DNA from: Anthoceros angustus
Lineage: Eukaryota > Plantae > Anthocerotophyta
Assembly (NCBI GenBank): GCA_010909165.1
Contig: MU008203.1
Coordinates: forward strand, 1 to 64,000
DNA length: 64,000 nt
Direction: 5' to 3'
The position numbers and the translations under genes were made by a program. The notes under the pieces were generated by a model, which saw only the letters and a program-made list of their open reading frames with translations, was not told where the DNA came from and did no database searches. Of the stretch, positions 45,301 to 59,900 are shown one piece after another; positions within the stretch are counted from its first letter, which is position 1; the number at the start of each line of letters is the position of its first letter.

Positions 45301-48300
45301 GTTAGATGTTATTAATCAATCCTTGGCCTTTGAAAATCGACCTTCTATAATGTCTTTGATTGACCCTACCATATGTCGATTTAAACCAAAATACAAATCA
45401 AAATTTATCCTTGGCCTTTGAAAAGTAGTCTTCTTTGATTTTGAGTCCTTGGTCTTTGAATCTCTACACTACTGGACGACTATAAATGTGCCACCAGCCA
45501 CACTAATTAGTTATCAAACAAGCTCAACCTTTTGACGACCCTTGGTGCATTTCAGAGTAGCTAGTGACTTTTCAAGCGTGAAGTTACAACATTTTGTTTT
45601 GGTGACAATGGTGTCGTGAAAAGGTTTTGAAGAATTTGATGAGGAAATCAAGCCCGATTTCCAAAGAGGATTCATCGCAATTGTTCACCGTTAGTATCCG
45701 TTGCAGACGGATAAAACTTGTGTTTCTATTGCGAGAGACGGATAACATTTCCGTTCCTGTGCTCATATGTCCCGTAGCTTGTTCACCATGCTTCTTAAAA
45801 CTTCGAGATATCCTTTATCAATCATAAGATGTCGGATAAGGAGGTTATGAAAACACTTGACATGGAGCACCGTGAGAAAATGCTTGTGGGGCTTCTATCG
45901 CCTCAACTATTATGGTGCATTTTAGAGTGGAAACCATAACATGCATCGGTTGCAACCTGCATGCATCGGTTGCAACCTAAGAATTCTTCAAGCACGCTTT
46001 CAAGAAGATCACGTCGAGGTTACCTTCTTGTAAGATCATTTGATGAGCGTAAAGAGGAGCACAAGTTACACAATCATATTCTTGAATTGGTGGAGAAAGG
46101 AATTCTTCAATTTTGAAATGGATGATCACACTTGCAAAAGGAATGTAAATGCAAGATCATATTCATTAATTTATTTTAGCAGTGATATATTCATTTTATT
46201 CTCTTTCCTACTTCATGTTTTGAAATGTTTGCAACCATCATTATGTTACCGAGATCATTTAACTTTGCCACCTGCGCTGCTTTCTCGTCCACCTTCGTAA
46301 TGCAATTTACAAGCACGGATCTCCATCGTAACACGGCCCCTAGAAGATCTAAATCGCCTTTGCTTCAATCGACAAATGTTGCACTTGATCGGGAAGGCAC
46401 GCCATTCAACGCTCTCCTTAAGATATGGGCTATTGAGCTCCAAGAAGTCTCGAGGCGCGAGTGGATGCCCGAGTGAATTTTGGGGCTCGTCTTGAAATAC
46501 TTGGGAAAGATGGTGCGGATGAGAAACACCAAGGCAAAGCGGCGGAGCACAACCCGTGATTTTGGTACAAGCGGCGAGAGTCTACCATGCCAATTTTTCA
46601 CAACGCTTGGATCTATTGGGTGTCGTTTCTAGTTGCGTCTTCTAGAAGCTCGATAACCGCTCCATAATGAAATCTGGTAAGTAGCTTCTAGACAAGGTTT
46701 TAGTATAGTTAATTAGCAATATTCTAGGAAAGTGATAAAATAGAAATAGTGATAATATAGAAGAAAATAGAAAGAGTGATAATATAGAAGTTGCCATGGG
46801 TGCCCTAGTCTATATATGTCCTATATACTCACACATATATTATGTATCTTGTGTTGGGTTTTCTATGTTATCTTAGGTTATAATTATTCTAAAGTAGGTA
46901 TTTGTTTTCATATCTTTGTGTTTGGCCTCTAAAGTTGTCTTATGTGTGCTTGTGAACACGAAGCGGTGGTACAAGAATAACCGAGGCGTTAAAGAATTTT
47001 AGATACAAATCGTCACACACCATCCAAGAAAAACACATAGCTTGATTAGAGAAAGCTCTAAGGAAAAGAAATGGCTGCTCACAGACTTCATCTAGCATAA
47101 ATACACGTGGTGACAAGAGGAGGTTTAACGGTCCGAAAATACCAATGATAATAGGAAAAAGCGTTACCACGTAAAAAGATTCAACGACCAAGTTCAAAAG
47201 GAAATCGAGATTCACATGGTCAAGCTCCTCAACTACTTGACAAACTCGAAACCCCAAGCTTTCGCTCATCCGCTTATACTTTGAGTTCTATCCAGCATAT
47301 GTCATTCCACAAACCTCCTCTACATCACAAGACGCGGTCCGCCACACAACAATTTTGGACATAATATCAACCATACTTCAAAATTTTACGATGGGAACGA
47401 TATCAAAAATTCCAATCTTGTTCAAGGATGCCCTCGGGCATATTTTGAAAATTATGGGCAAATGACTAATACGAGGGTCTCATCACCTACTTCTCGTGTT
47501 GGATCCAACCATGTTCAAGGATATCCACGTGCACATGTTCAAGGTCATGCGAAAATGATTAATACTACTAGGGCTGCATTTTATGATGCGAACAATATTC
47601 AAACTCAATCATGTTCAAGGATGCCCTCCGCATATTATGAAGATGATGTTAAAATGACTAATACTAGGGTCCCATCACCTAGTTCTCGTGTTGGATTTGA
47701 TCGTGGTCAAGGATATCCTCCGCACATATCCAAGGTTATGTGGAAATGACTAATACTACGGTCGCCACCGTGTTTTCCGAGGATGATGTAGGGATTACTA
47801 GAAGCCATACGGAAAATAAAGACTACAAGAAAAATAGTATGGTATTTGCGCCAACAGCCCGTCCTTATCGGAAAAAGCTGCTAGCAATCATTGTACGTCG
47901 TAGGAAATGCTTCAATTGATGGAACAATTACGACAACAACATAGCTGGAAAAACGAGATACTACGTGCGAAATAGCCGATGAATTGGCTCAAAGCTATCA
48001 AAGTGTCCCATCAATTATTTCCAAACTAGGCAATGCTACACCTATAATTTTAATGAGATCAAGGCCTCATTTGATCGCAAAAGAGGAAAAATTGGAAAAA
48101 TGGAAAGTGCTTGCATATGGACTTCAAGTACGAATGGAACAATTTCTTGCAATAAGCAATTTACCTAAGCCAAGTCCTTCATATGACAACAATGGATCAA
48201 CATCGACATTATGTGAAAGAAATACGAAATTGGATGGATAGATCAAATGTTATTGCACAAGACGATGTCCCACAAAATGTTGCCCCACAAGAAACTACAA

Positions 48301-51300
48301 TAAAAGAAGGAGTATAAATCAAGATTTATGTGAAAACAATGTCGACCACACTCCAAAATTTTATGATAGGAAGCCTGGATATAAAAACCCCAATCATATT
48401 GAAGGATGCCCTACGGCATATGTTGAAAAGTTATGCGAAAATTCCTAATACAAGGGTCCCATCACCTAGTTCCGTGTTGGATCCAATCATGGTCAAGAGT
48501 ATCCTCAAAGGTTATTCAAAAATTCCTAATACAAGGGTCACTAATACAAACACGAAAAGCAATATGGTAATGGTAACAACCCGTCCTTCTCTAGAAAATC
48601 CTAGTACCATGCAACCATTGCATGGTAAAATAAAATGCTTCAATTCATGAAAACAATGAGGACAACATAGGAGAAATAATGAGACAATGCTTGCTGAAAC
48701 AGTGAAATGGCGCAATGTGTCAAACTGTCCATCAATCATTTCCAAATAAGAGAAAGCTACACCATTAATCTATCTTTAATGCAATCGATTGCCTCATTTG
48801 ACCAAAACGAAGAGGAGAATTTGGGAAAATGAAAAGTGCTTGGATATAGACGTCAAATCTGAAAGAAACAATTTCTTGCACTAAGAAGTTTACTTAAGCC
48901 AAGTCCTTCATGTGACAACAAAATTGGATCAACAACAACATTACGTGAAACAAATATAAAATTTGATAGATAAATCAATGTGATTGCACAAGACGATGTC
49001 TCACAAAATGTTGCCGCACGGCTTATGATAAAAGGACGAGTAAAAAAATCAAATCTACATGAAAATTAGGGCCCATATCAAAATTTAGTAATTCCTTCTA
49101 GTGCTATGCTATTTGAGAACAATCTTATTTTCATAGTAACCTTTAAATATGATTAGTTAGATGTTATTAATCAATCCTTGGCCTTTGAAAATCAGACCTT
49201 CTATAATGTCTTTGATTGACCCTACCATATGTACTGAAGATTTAAACCAAAATAAAAATCAAAATTTATCCTTGGCCTTTGAAAAGTAGTCTTCTTTGAT
49301 TTTGAGTCCTTGGTCTTTGAATCTCTACTCTGGACGACTATAAATGTGCCACCAGCCACACTAATTAGTTATCAAACAAGCTCAACCTTTTGACCCTTGG
49401 TGCATTTCCGAGTAGCTAGTGACTTTTCAAGCGTGAAGTTACAACATTTTGTTTTGGTGACAATGGTGTCTCGAAAGGTTTTGAAGAATTTGATGAGGAA
49501 ATCAAGCCCGATTTCCAAAGAGGATTCATCGCAATTGTTCACCGTTAGTATCCGTTGCAGACGGATAAAACTTGTGTTTCTATTGCGAGACGGATAACAT
49601 TTCCGTTCTGTTGCTCATATGTCCCGTAGCTTGTTCACCATGCTTCTTAAAACTTGAGATATCCTTTATCAATCATAAGATGTCGAGATAAGGAGGTTAT
49701 GAAAACACTTGACATGGAGCACCGTGAGAAAAATGCTTGTGGGGCTTCTATCGCCTCAACTATTATGGTGCATTTTAGAGTGGAAACCATAACATGCATC
49801 GGTTGCAACCTTAACATGCATCGTTGCAACCTAAGAATTCTTCAAGCACGCTTTCAAGAAGATCACGTCGAGGTTACCTTCTTGTAAGATCATTTGATGA
49901 GCGTAAAGAGGAGCACAAGTTACACAATCATATTCTTGAATTGGTGGAGAAAGGAATTCTTCAATTTTTGAAATGGATGATCACACTTGCAAAAGGAATG
50001 TAAATGCAAGATCATATTCATTAATTTATTTTAGCAGTGATATATTCATTTTATTCTCTTTCCTACTTCATGTTTTGAAATGTTTGCAACCATCATTATG
50101 TTACGAGATCATTTAACTGTCACTGCTGCGTTTTCTCGTCGTCCACCTTAAATGCAATTTACAGAGCACGGATCTCCATCGTAACACGGCCCCTAGAAGA
50201 TCTAAATCGCCTTTGCTTCAATCGACAAATGTTGCACTTGATCCGGGAAGGCCCCGCCATTCAACGCGCTCTCCTTAAGATATGGGCTATTGAGCTCCAA
50301 GAAGTCTCGAGGCGAGTGGATGCCTGAGCCGGTGAATTTTTGGGGCTCGTCTTGAAATACTTGGGAAAGATGGTGCGGATGAGAAACACCAAGGCAGCGG
50401 CGGGCAACCCGTGATTTTGGTACAAGCGGCGAGAGTCTACCATGCCAATTTTCTGGCAACGCTTGGATCTATTGGGTGTCGTTTCTAGTTGCGTCTTCTA
50501 GAAGCCCGATAACCGCTCCATAATGAAATCTGTAAGTAGCTTCTAGACAAGGTTTTAGTATAGTTAATTAGCAATATTCTAGGAAAGTGATAAAATAGAA
50601 ATAGTGATAATATAGAAGAAAATAGAAAGAGTGATAATATAGAAGTTGCCATGGGTGCCCTAGTCTATATATGTCCTATATACTCACACATATATTATGT
50701 ATCTTGTGTTGGGTTTTCTATGTTATCTTAGGTTATAATTATTCTAAAGTAGGTATTTGTTTTTCATATCTTTGTGTTTGGCCTCTAAAGTTGTTTGTGT
50801 GCACCTTGTGAACACGAAGCGGTGGTACAAGAATAACCGAGGCGTTAAAGAATTTTAGTATTAAAATCGTCACACACCATCCAAGAAAAACACATAGCTT
50901 GATTAGAGAAAGCTCTAAGGAAAAGAAATGGCTGCTCAGACTTCATCTAGCATAAATACACGTGGTGACAAGAGGAGGTTTAACGGGTCCGAAAATACCA
51001 ATGATAATAGGAAAACGCGTTACCACGGAAAAAGATTCAACGACCAAGTTCAAAAGGAAATCGAGATTCACATGGTCAAGCTCCTCAACTACTTCAAGAA
51101 CTCGAAACCCAATTTACCGTTCATCCGTTTATACTTTGAGTTCTATCCTGCATATGTCATTCCACAAACCTCCTCTACATCACAAGACGCGTCCGCCACA
51201 CAACAATTTTGGACATAATATCAACCATACTTCAAAATTTTACGATGGGAACGATATCAAAATTCCAATCTTGTTCAAGGATGCCCTCGGGCATATTTTG

Positions 51301-51538
51301 AAAATTATGGGCAAATGACTAATACGAGGGTCTCATCACCTACTTCGTGTTGGATCCAACCATGTTCAAGGATATCCACGTGCACATGTTCAAGGTCATG
51401 CGAAAATGATTAATACTACTAGGGCTGCATTTTATGATGCGAATATTCAAACTCCAATCATGTTCAAGGATGCCCTCCGGCATATTATGAAGATGATGTT
51501 AAAATGACTAATACTAGGGTCCCATCACCTAGTTCTTA

Positions 51539-51872
51539 TGCCATGCCTCGATCGTCGGATCTCGGTAATGAGCACAGAACAAGCCGTGTTGATCTTTGCA
51601 TCATGTGTACATATAGGGGTCTGGTCTAGTGACAAGAATGTATTCCTAACTAATACGGTTGAAACTAAACTACGGCTATTTATCTTGGTTTACCCACGGG
51701 TGATTATCTGTTATATGGCCTATTACAGACGGCGTCTTGCTTGTTGTCCGTGCTTGGAGATCCGTCTCCCCCGTTCGGACGCGAAAGAGGTGTCAAGCCC
51801 CCCTTCCATGGACTTAGCTGGTCCTCGGGTCTGACGTCTTGCGGTGAGGGTTACAGTGGTCACTCTGTGACA
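51539..51872 (-). repeat. 3' LTR of the Gypsy element
   Basis: TG...CA bounded, adjacent polypurine tract (minus-strand ggggagaa, 51873-51880), and ~170 bp clearly homologous to 56665-56830. Confidence 0.7.
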
Positions 51873-54800
51873 TTCTCCCCATAGCGAGGCTGGTCCTCCG
51901 GACCTTGGGCTATTCTGAGCTGCGGAGCTGTGACACCAGTGAGGGTTCCCAAGTAGCTAGGGCGTCGGCCGTTGGACCAACCTACCAAGCAATCGTCAGT
52001 GCGGTGCGAAGCTTCGATATCTAACACGGAGGATGCGGTTGGGTCCACATGTGGCGGTCGGGTTCTTGGTGTCGGTGGCAGCCAGGTGGGGCGTCTGCGG
52101 CTAGGGCTGGTGGCGGGTGAGCGAGCTAGGGCTGAGTGTGGTCTGGAGTCGGATCTGGAAGAACGTCAGTGGTGGCCGGTGAGTTGGTGGAGTCTTTGTG
52201 TTGAGTCTGCGGGCTCTGGGTGAGGGTATCCGTCGATCTGTTGTTGGGTCTTGGCGAGGTGTGGAGCTCGGGTGACGGTGAGCATCGATCGTGGAAGGTC
52301 TTGCGATCTTCCATCTGCGGAAGGTGGTATGCCGGATTGATGCTGGTGATCTCAAAGGGTCCGATAAATCGGTAGGTGAGCTTCCCTTGGATGAGTGAGG
52401 GATCTGGGTGAGGCCAAGCCATACCTTGCCCATGTAAGTCACTTCCCTGCGGTGTTTGTTGGCGCACTTTGCGATCTGTCTGCGATAGTTTCTTGCGGGC
52501 TTGAACCTCATGATACCGTCCTCGGCGATTCTGGCCCATTTGTCTGTGAGGGCGAGGCGAGGTGGCGGGCATGATCCATAAAAAGCTTGAAGGCGCCACC
52601 CTGCTTTGAGGTGTTGTATGCATACTCGAGCAAAGGTAACATAATTTCCAGTTGCCTTGTTTCTCATGGGTGAAGTGTCGAGCATGTCTTGAGTACTTGG
52701 TTACATTTTTCGGTTTGCCCATTTGATTCGGGATGGCATGATAATGATAAGTCTTGAGGACTACTGAAGCATTTCGAATCCGGTGTGAACTTGGTGTCTC
52801 GGTCGGAGACAATCTGGAGAATACCATGCGATCTGAATATTTCCGTAGGAATAGGCTAACTTGGGTCTTTGTGTGTGTCGGTGGTGGGGATGAAATGGCT
52901 GTCTTGGAGAGTCGGTCCATGACGACCCAGATCTTTATTCTTTCAGGCTGGTCACAGGCGGTGGTAATGAAATCCATGGAGATGGATTGAACCTACAGGG
53001 ATTGGTAGTGGGAGCAACTTACTGGCGATTTCGATTGTCGGTCTTGGCACATTGGCGGGAGGTACAAGACCGCACCCGATTGATGGCGTCGCTCGGAGGC
53101 CATCCCAATAAAATGTTCCTTAACGGTATGTCTTATCCACGAGATGTCCGCCGGGGCGCTGGAGATCATGTAGGATTGCTTTCTTGATGTCGTGGCTGCG
53201 AAGGATGACCGTCCCTTCTTATACGAGCAAGCATCCTTGATTGTGTACTCTTGCATGATGGTGGGGTGACATGCGCACATCGAGTAATTCTTGGTACCGG
53301 AGGGCACCGTCTGCGGAGAGCTTCCGTGCAGCGGATGGTGTCTGCGTTGTCATGAGAGTGCACGCCCGTGAGGGCATCGACAACGGCGTTCGAGGGGCAG
53401 CAACATAGCGGATGTCGAAGTTGAAATCGGAGGTATTACGCCCGTCGTTGGCGTGCATTCAAGTTGGTGGCGAAGAAATGTTGAAGTGAATGATGGTCGG
53501 TGGCATGTGAAGTGCTTGGCGTGGTAGTGCCTCGAGTTTCGTGCGTGGACGATCGCGAACATTTCTTTATCGTGAGCTGCGTAGTTCACTGCTCCTTGCA
53601 CTTCTTTGATTCATATCGATAACCCGCCATCTTGGGAAGGCGCTCCAATGGCGTAGTATCTTGTCATGTATCACATAAGGTGAGTCGGGTTGGCCAGCAA
53701 TCTCGGTGCAGGCATCTTGAGTTTGAGGAAGGCTGTTGCCCGTCTGACCTAGTTGTAATTCCTTGGATGCGGTGGCGGAGGCATCTGTCGGAGGGCGCAA
53801 TCTTCTTTGAAGTCCTTGGCGACCTCCGGTAGAATCCAGCCATACCTAGGAACCCGGGGCTGTGAGATCTCGGGCGTGACGGTCGGAGATTGCCGAATCT
53901 TCATCCACTCGGATGCCGTCGCGATTATATGGCCAGGTATTGCGCACACACTTCGTTGGCGAATAGCTTGTGTGTTACGAGTGTCTCAAATACTTGTCGA
54001 CCAACTTGTAGTGGTGGCGAGGTCGGATGTGTGGATGAGTATGTCGTCGAAAACTTCAGCGCCATGGCGAGAAGGCGGAGGTTCTGCATTAGACATTGAA
54101 AGGTGGCGGCGCGTTTGTGAGGCGAGCGGCATGACCACAAATTCGTGTCGAGTTACGGTATCTTGTACTTGTCCCTGCCGGATCACGGATCGATGGAAGC
54201 TTTGGCGTAAGTCAATCTTTGTGAAGTATTTTGCTCCATGCGATTGATCCGATATCTCATCCACGGGGCATCGATATACATTTTTGGCTCGATTGAGGCC
54301 CTTGTAATCGATGCGGCGCCAACCGCCATCGGGCTTTCCACGGAAGGTGGGCAAAGGTGAGGCCAGCTCGGAACCCATTGGAGGAACTCGTCAACTTGCC
54401 GTTTATCTCTTCATTTCCCTACGGATGTCACAGGGCGGGATACTAACGAGTTTGTGGCGAGGATCAGCTCGATGGCGTGATCTATGGCCTGCGTGGTGGC
54501 GACTCGTGCGCGAGATCGACATACTCTGCGGCGGTTCCTTCATCTCGGCGGGGTAGGGCATCCTCGTGCCTTGGGCGGGACTCGGGGTGCCCTCAAAGGT
54601 AAGACTTTCTTTAGTCTTGCTACGTCTGAGGCACAGGTGGCTTTATTATTTGAGGCGCAAGCAGTGTTTGTCGAAGCATGCTTGTCTCGACATGACGTCT
54701 TTGATGCTAACTATGGCTAACGGCGATGTTGTTTGCCCGGTCGATGTTGATGGCCGGTCTTGGGCGAGCGAGTTTGCCGATAATGAGGTCATAGCGCGTG

Positions 54801-56659
54801 GGCATGACGGCGAAATTTCCTCATATCCGCGGAAGGTGACCAGCGGCGAGTCTATTCCTTGCCGTATCCGGTGTCAGGCCGTAACTCATGGACTCATGTC
54901 CGTGTCTTGTATGTGGCCGGCCACGAGGCGGCGCACGGGTCATGTAGTGGTGGGCACATTGTCCACCCAGTGACACCTTGCGGCTTGACTGCGGTTTGAT
55001 GGGGACATGGTTCGGTCACATGTATCGTCGCACGTGGCAAAGCTTGGAGGAGGCTGCGGCCGATTTCGTGGTGTCGGTCACCTCTTCAATCTTGGAGTGG
55101 CCACTCTTCACTTTGGAGCGGAGGAGGCGGGAGGCGCGTGTGGTCGGCGGTCTCCTTTAGCCACTTGATGAAGTCGGCGGTGAGGGGAGTCTTGGGCCGT
55201 GCTCCGTCGAGTCTGAGTAAAGCACATGTGGCGTTCATGATACTTTCCTCTCCTCCTCGTCGGGATCTTGAAGGCAGGTTTCTTTTGCGGCATTGCGATG
55301 CGGCCCCATCTCGCCTTGGCGAGGGTTGGGCTGCGTTCTTTGTTTACTTATTGCCATAGTTTATGGCGGTCTTCATGGCGTCCACGGGGTTCCGGGATTC
55401 GGTTGGCGTCGGTAGCGGAGTCGGGCTTGAGTCCATCAATGAATTTTTCAATCTTACATTCTTCGTCGAGGCATATCCAAGGTGAGTTGGAGAAACTTGT
55501 CACAATACTCATGTTATTGCCTTCTTCTTGAATCTTCGAATTGATGATATAATTCTCGTCGATGGTTAGCGGGGAAGTGCTCCAAGAAGACACTGGCGGG
55601 CGTGGGCGGTGTAGATTGGAGCCTCCATGCCCAACTGCTTCTCCCAGCTGCCTCCACTGCCAGCGTATCCTTGAGACATCACACAAAATTGGATCTTCTG
55701 CTGGTCATCCTTTTCCGTGGCACTCGGTACTTGTCTAGCTTATCAAGCCGGTCATGTTGCTTGGCGTCTTTCTCATTTAGTTGAATGTGGTGGTGATTTT
55801 CCTTTGGAGCTCCTTATCCGGTGAGCCGGGGCTTGAAGATGGGGCGTCCCCATGGATTCCACGGTCTTGGTAAGCCACCTTTGGGCCTCGGTGTTCATAG
55901 CGGAGGAGTTGCGGGCGTGAACAAGCTTTGATGTCCTTGTTCTCCCCTCTCTGGCAGCTCGACCACCAATAGGAGGTGATCTCGTCCCCTCGGGTTGGGT
56001 CATCAAACGTTCTCTCACGTTTCGGATGAGCTGCGGGCATGTCGATGTTGCCAGCGGTGAGCCTTGTGAAATTTGTCGCTCAGTGTTGGTGAGGGACTTG
56101 CACATGGCTTGCGGGTGGTGCGGTGAAACTGGATCGAGGCACAGGCACTCAGGCTGGCGTTGAGGCCTCGACCCTCCTCCCACAGCTTGATTTAGCCGTC
56201 TCCACAACAAGTGTCTGTGAGGCGGGCGGCTTCTCGAGTTCTTGAGTTATGCGTGCTTGCCAGCGGTCAGTCTTGATCCAGATCGTTCTTGCTGCGATTC
56301 TTCAGTCGTGAGGATTGGTGGGTGGTGGTGTTGGCTCGCGATGGGGCGTCTGGTCTCGGTTTCTTGCGGCCCTCAGCGGGCAATGCAAGCCATGTGCGGC
56401 GTTCTCGCCACCTTTATAGGCTCATTGCTGGTTAATTCTTGCGCCGGGCGATCTATTCCTCTCGATTTGTTCTGCTGCGGCTCCGTCAGACTCGGATCTC
56501 TCGAGTTCGGCAGGATCGTCTTGCCTACCTAGGGTCCAATCCCTTCTTGTTCATCCTCATGCCGTGGAGATTGCATCTCCACCTCATGAGGACACTCATC
56601 GCTCATCTTGACTGTAGCCTGATTCCGTCGGCAAGGATGCGGATCAAGGAAAATCGCCG

Positions 56660-56924
56660 TGAAGCCTCGATCGGAATGTCGGATCTCGGTTGCGAATGAG
56701 CACAGAAAGCCGTGTTGATCACATCATGTGTACATATAGGTCTGTCTAGTGACAAGAATGTATTCCTAACTAATAAGTTGAAACTAAACTACTTCACTTA
56801 TCTTTAGTTTTACCACAATTATCTGTTATATATCTTTGAGATCATTTGTCCAAAATTGAAATCCGTCTCTTCAAATTTTATGGACTTAGGCTCTCATTTG
56901 CCCTGCTGATTAATGTCATTGGCA
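56660..56924 (-). repeat. 5' LTR of the Gypsy element (garbled)
   Basis: gcctcgatcg...aatgagcacaga...gacaagaatgtattcctaactaata is shared with the other LTR. The distal half is poorly aligned and no clear PBS is visible. Confidence 0.55.
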
Positions 56925-59900
56925 GTTCTCGTGTTGGATTTGATCGTGGTCAAGGATATCCTCCATATCAAGGTTATGCAAATAATACTGGTCTCAGTGT
57001 TTTCTGAGGCTTGAGATTACTAAAGCCATGGAAAATAAAGACTACAAGAAAAAATAGTATATTATTTTGCCAACAGCCCGTCTTATGCGGGTGCTTTATA
57101 ATCATTATTCATGAAATGCTTCAATTGATGAAAACAATTCGACAACAACATATAAGCGAGATACTACGTGCGAAATATGAATGAAACCACTATCAAAGTG
57201 TCCCATCAATTATTTCCAAACTAGGCAATACACACTATAATTTTAATGAGATCAAGGCCTCATTTAAAACAGAGGAAAAATTGGAAAAATGGAAAGTGCT
57301 TGGATATGGACTTCAATACGAATGGAACAATTTCTTGCAATAAGCAATTTACTAAGCCAAGTCCTTCATGACAACAATGGATCAACATCGACATTATGTG
57401 GAAATACGAAATTGGATGGATAGATCAAATGTTATTGCACAAGGCGATGTCCACAAAATGTTGCCACAAGAAACTACAATAAAAGAAGGAGTATAAAATC
57501 AAGATTTATGTGAAAACAATCGACACTCCAAAATTTTATGATAGGAAGCCGGATATAAAAAACAATCATATTGAAGGATGCTCGCATATGTTGAAAGTTA
57601 TACGAAAATTCTAATACAAGGGTCCCATCACCTAGTTCCCGTGTTGGATCCAATCATGGTCAGAGTATCCTCAAAGGTTATTCAAAAATTCCTAATACTG
57701 GTCACTAATACAAGACATATGGTAATGGTAACAACCGTCCTTCTCTAGAAAATCCTAGTACCATACCCATGTAGTAAAAATGCTTCAATTCATGAAAACA
57801 ATGAGGACAACATAGGAGAAATAATGAGACAATGCTTGCTTGACTAATGAAAGCAAATGTGTCAAACTCATCAATCATTTCCAAATAAAGCTACACCATT
57901 AATCTATCTTTAATGTGATCCTCATTTGACCAAAAAGCGAAGAGGAATTTGGGAAAAATGAAAAGTGCTTGGATATAGACTCAAATCGAAGAAACAATTT
58001 CTTCTAAGAAGTTTACTTAAGCCAAGTCCTTCATGTGACAACAATTTGGATCAACAACAACATTACGTGAAAACAAATATAAAATTTGATAGATAAATCA
58101 ATGTGATTGCACAAGACGATGTCTCACAAAATGTTACCGCACTTATGATAAAAGGACGAGTAAAAATCACAATCTTGAAAATTAGGGCCCATATCAAATT
58201 TAGTTCCTTCTAGTGCTATGCTATTTGAGAACAATCTTATTTTCATAGTAACCTTTAAAATATGATTGGTTAGATGTTATTAATCAATCCTTGGCCTTTG
58301 AAAATCACTTCTATAATGTCTTTGATTGACCCTACCATATGTCTGAAGATTTAAACCAAAATACAAATCAAAATTTTATCCTTGGCCTTTGAAAAGTAGT
58401 CTTCTTTGATTTTGAGTCCTTGGTCTTTGAATCTCTCACACTTGAGACGACTATAAATGTGCCACCAAACTAATTAGTTATCAAACAAGCTCAACCTTTT
58501 GACCCTTGGTGCATTTCATTGAGTAGCTAGTGACTTTTCAAGCGTGAAGTTACAACATTTTGTTTTGGTGACAATGGTGTGTGAAAGGTTTTGAAGAATT
58601 TGATGAAATCAAGCCCGATTTCCAAAGAGGATTCATCAATTGTTTCAAGTTAGTATCCAGATTGTAGACGGATAAAATTTTGTTTCTATTTGCGACGGAT
58701 AATTTCGTTCTGTTGCTCATATGTCCGTAGCTTGTTCACCATGCTTAAAACTTAGATATCCTTTATCAATCATAAGATGTCGGATAAGGAGGTTATGAAA
58801 ACTTGACATGGAGCATCGTGAGAAAATGCTTGTGGGGCTTCTATCGCCTCAACTATTATGGTGCATTTTAGAGTGGATAACATGCATCTTAACATGCATC
58901 ATCGGTTGCAACCTAAGAATTCTTCAAGCACGCTTTCAAGAAGATCACGTCGGAGGTTACCTTCTTGTAAGATCATTTGATAAGCGAGAAGAGGAGCACA
59001 AGTTACACAATCATGTTCTTGAATTGGTGGAAAGGAATTCTTCAATTTTTGAAATGGATGATCACACTTGCAAAAGGAATGTAAATGCAAGATCATAATT
59101 CATTAATTTATTTTAGCGATGATATATTCATTTTATTCTCTTTCCTACTTCATGTTTTGAAATGTTTACAAACCATCATTATGTTCAGATCATTTAACAC
59201 ATCTGTCTCGTTTCTAAATGTCCACCTTCGTAACATGCAATTTACAAGAAACGGATCTCCATCGTAACACGGCCCTAGAAGATCTAAATCCTTGCTTCAA
59301 TCGACAAATGTTGCACTTCGATCTAAGGCACATCATTCAACGCGCTCTCCTTAAGATATGGGCTATTGAGCTCAAGAAGTCTGAGGCGGGTGGATCTGAG
59401 CATGGTGAAGGGCTCGTCTTGAAATACTTGGGAAAGATGGTGGATGAGAAACACCAAAAAGCGAGCGGAGCAACCCGGTGATTTTGGTACAAGAGTACCA
59501 TGCCAATTTTCTGCTTGGATCTATTGGGTGTCGTTTCTAGTTGCGTCTTCTAGAAACTGTCGATAATAGCTCCATAATGAAATCTTTGGTAAGTAGCTTC
59601 TAGACAAGGTTTTAGTATAGTTAATTAGCAATATTCTAGGAAAGTGATAAAATAGAAATAGTGATAATATGAAGAAAATAGAAAGAGTGATAATATAGAA
59701 GCCATGGGTGCCCTAGTCTATATATGTCCTATATATATACTCACATATATTATGTATCTTGTGTGTTGGGTTTTCTATGTTATCTTAGGTTATAATTATT
59801 CTAAAGTAGGTATTTGTTTTTCATATCTTTGTGTTTGGCCTCTAAAGTTGTCATGTGCCTTGTGAACACGAAGCAGATGGTACAAGAATAAGCAGGTTAA

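Larger units (their letters stand above)
51537..56924 (-). mobile_element. Ty3/Gypsy LTR retrotransposon (~5.4 kb), degenerate or error-rich, with 5-bp TSD
   Basis: Minus-strand RT (GKPDGGWRRIDYKGLN, AKYFTKIDLR, VFDDILIHT), RNase H (NYAAHDKEMFAIV) and integrase (MDFIT..., IWVVMDRLSK, RFIGPFEI) in Gypsy order. GTTCT occurs at 51532-51536 and 56925-56929, splitting the host sequence cctagttctcgtgttgg. Confidence 0.9.

Noticed and set aside
52101-52450. Chromodomain at the end of the Gypsy integrase
   Set aside because: The sequence after the GPF motif is too frameshifted to recognise one, so the lineage was not assigned.
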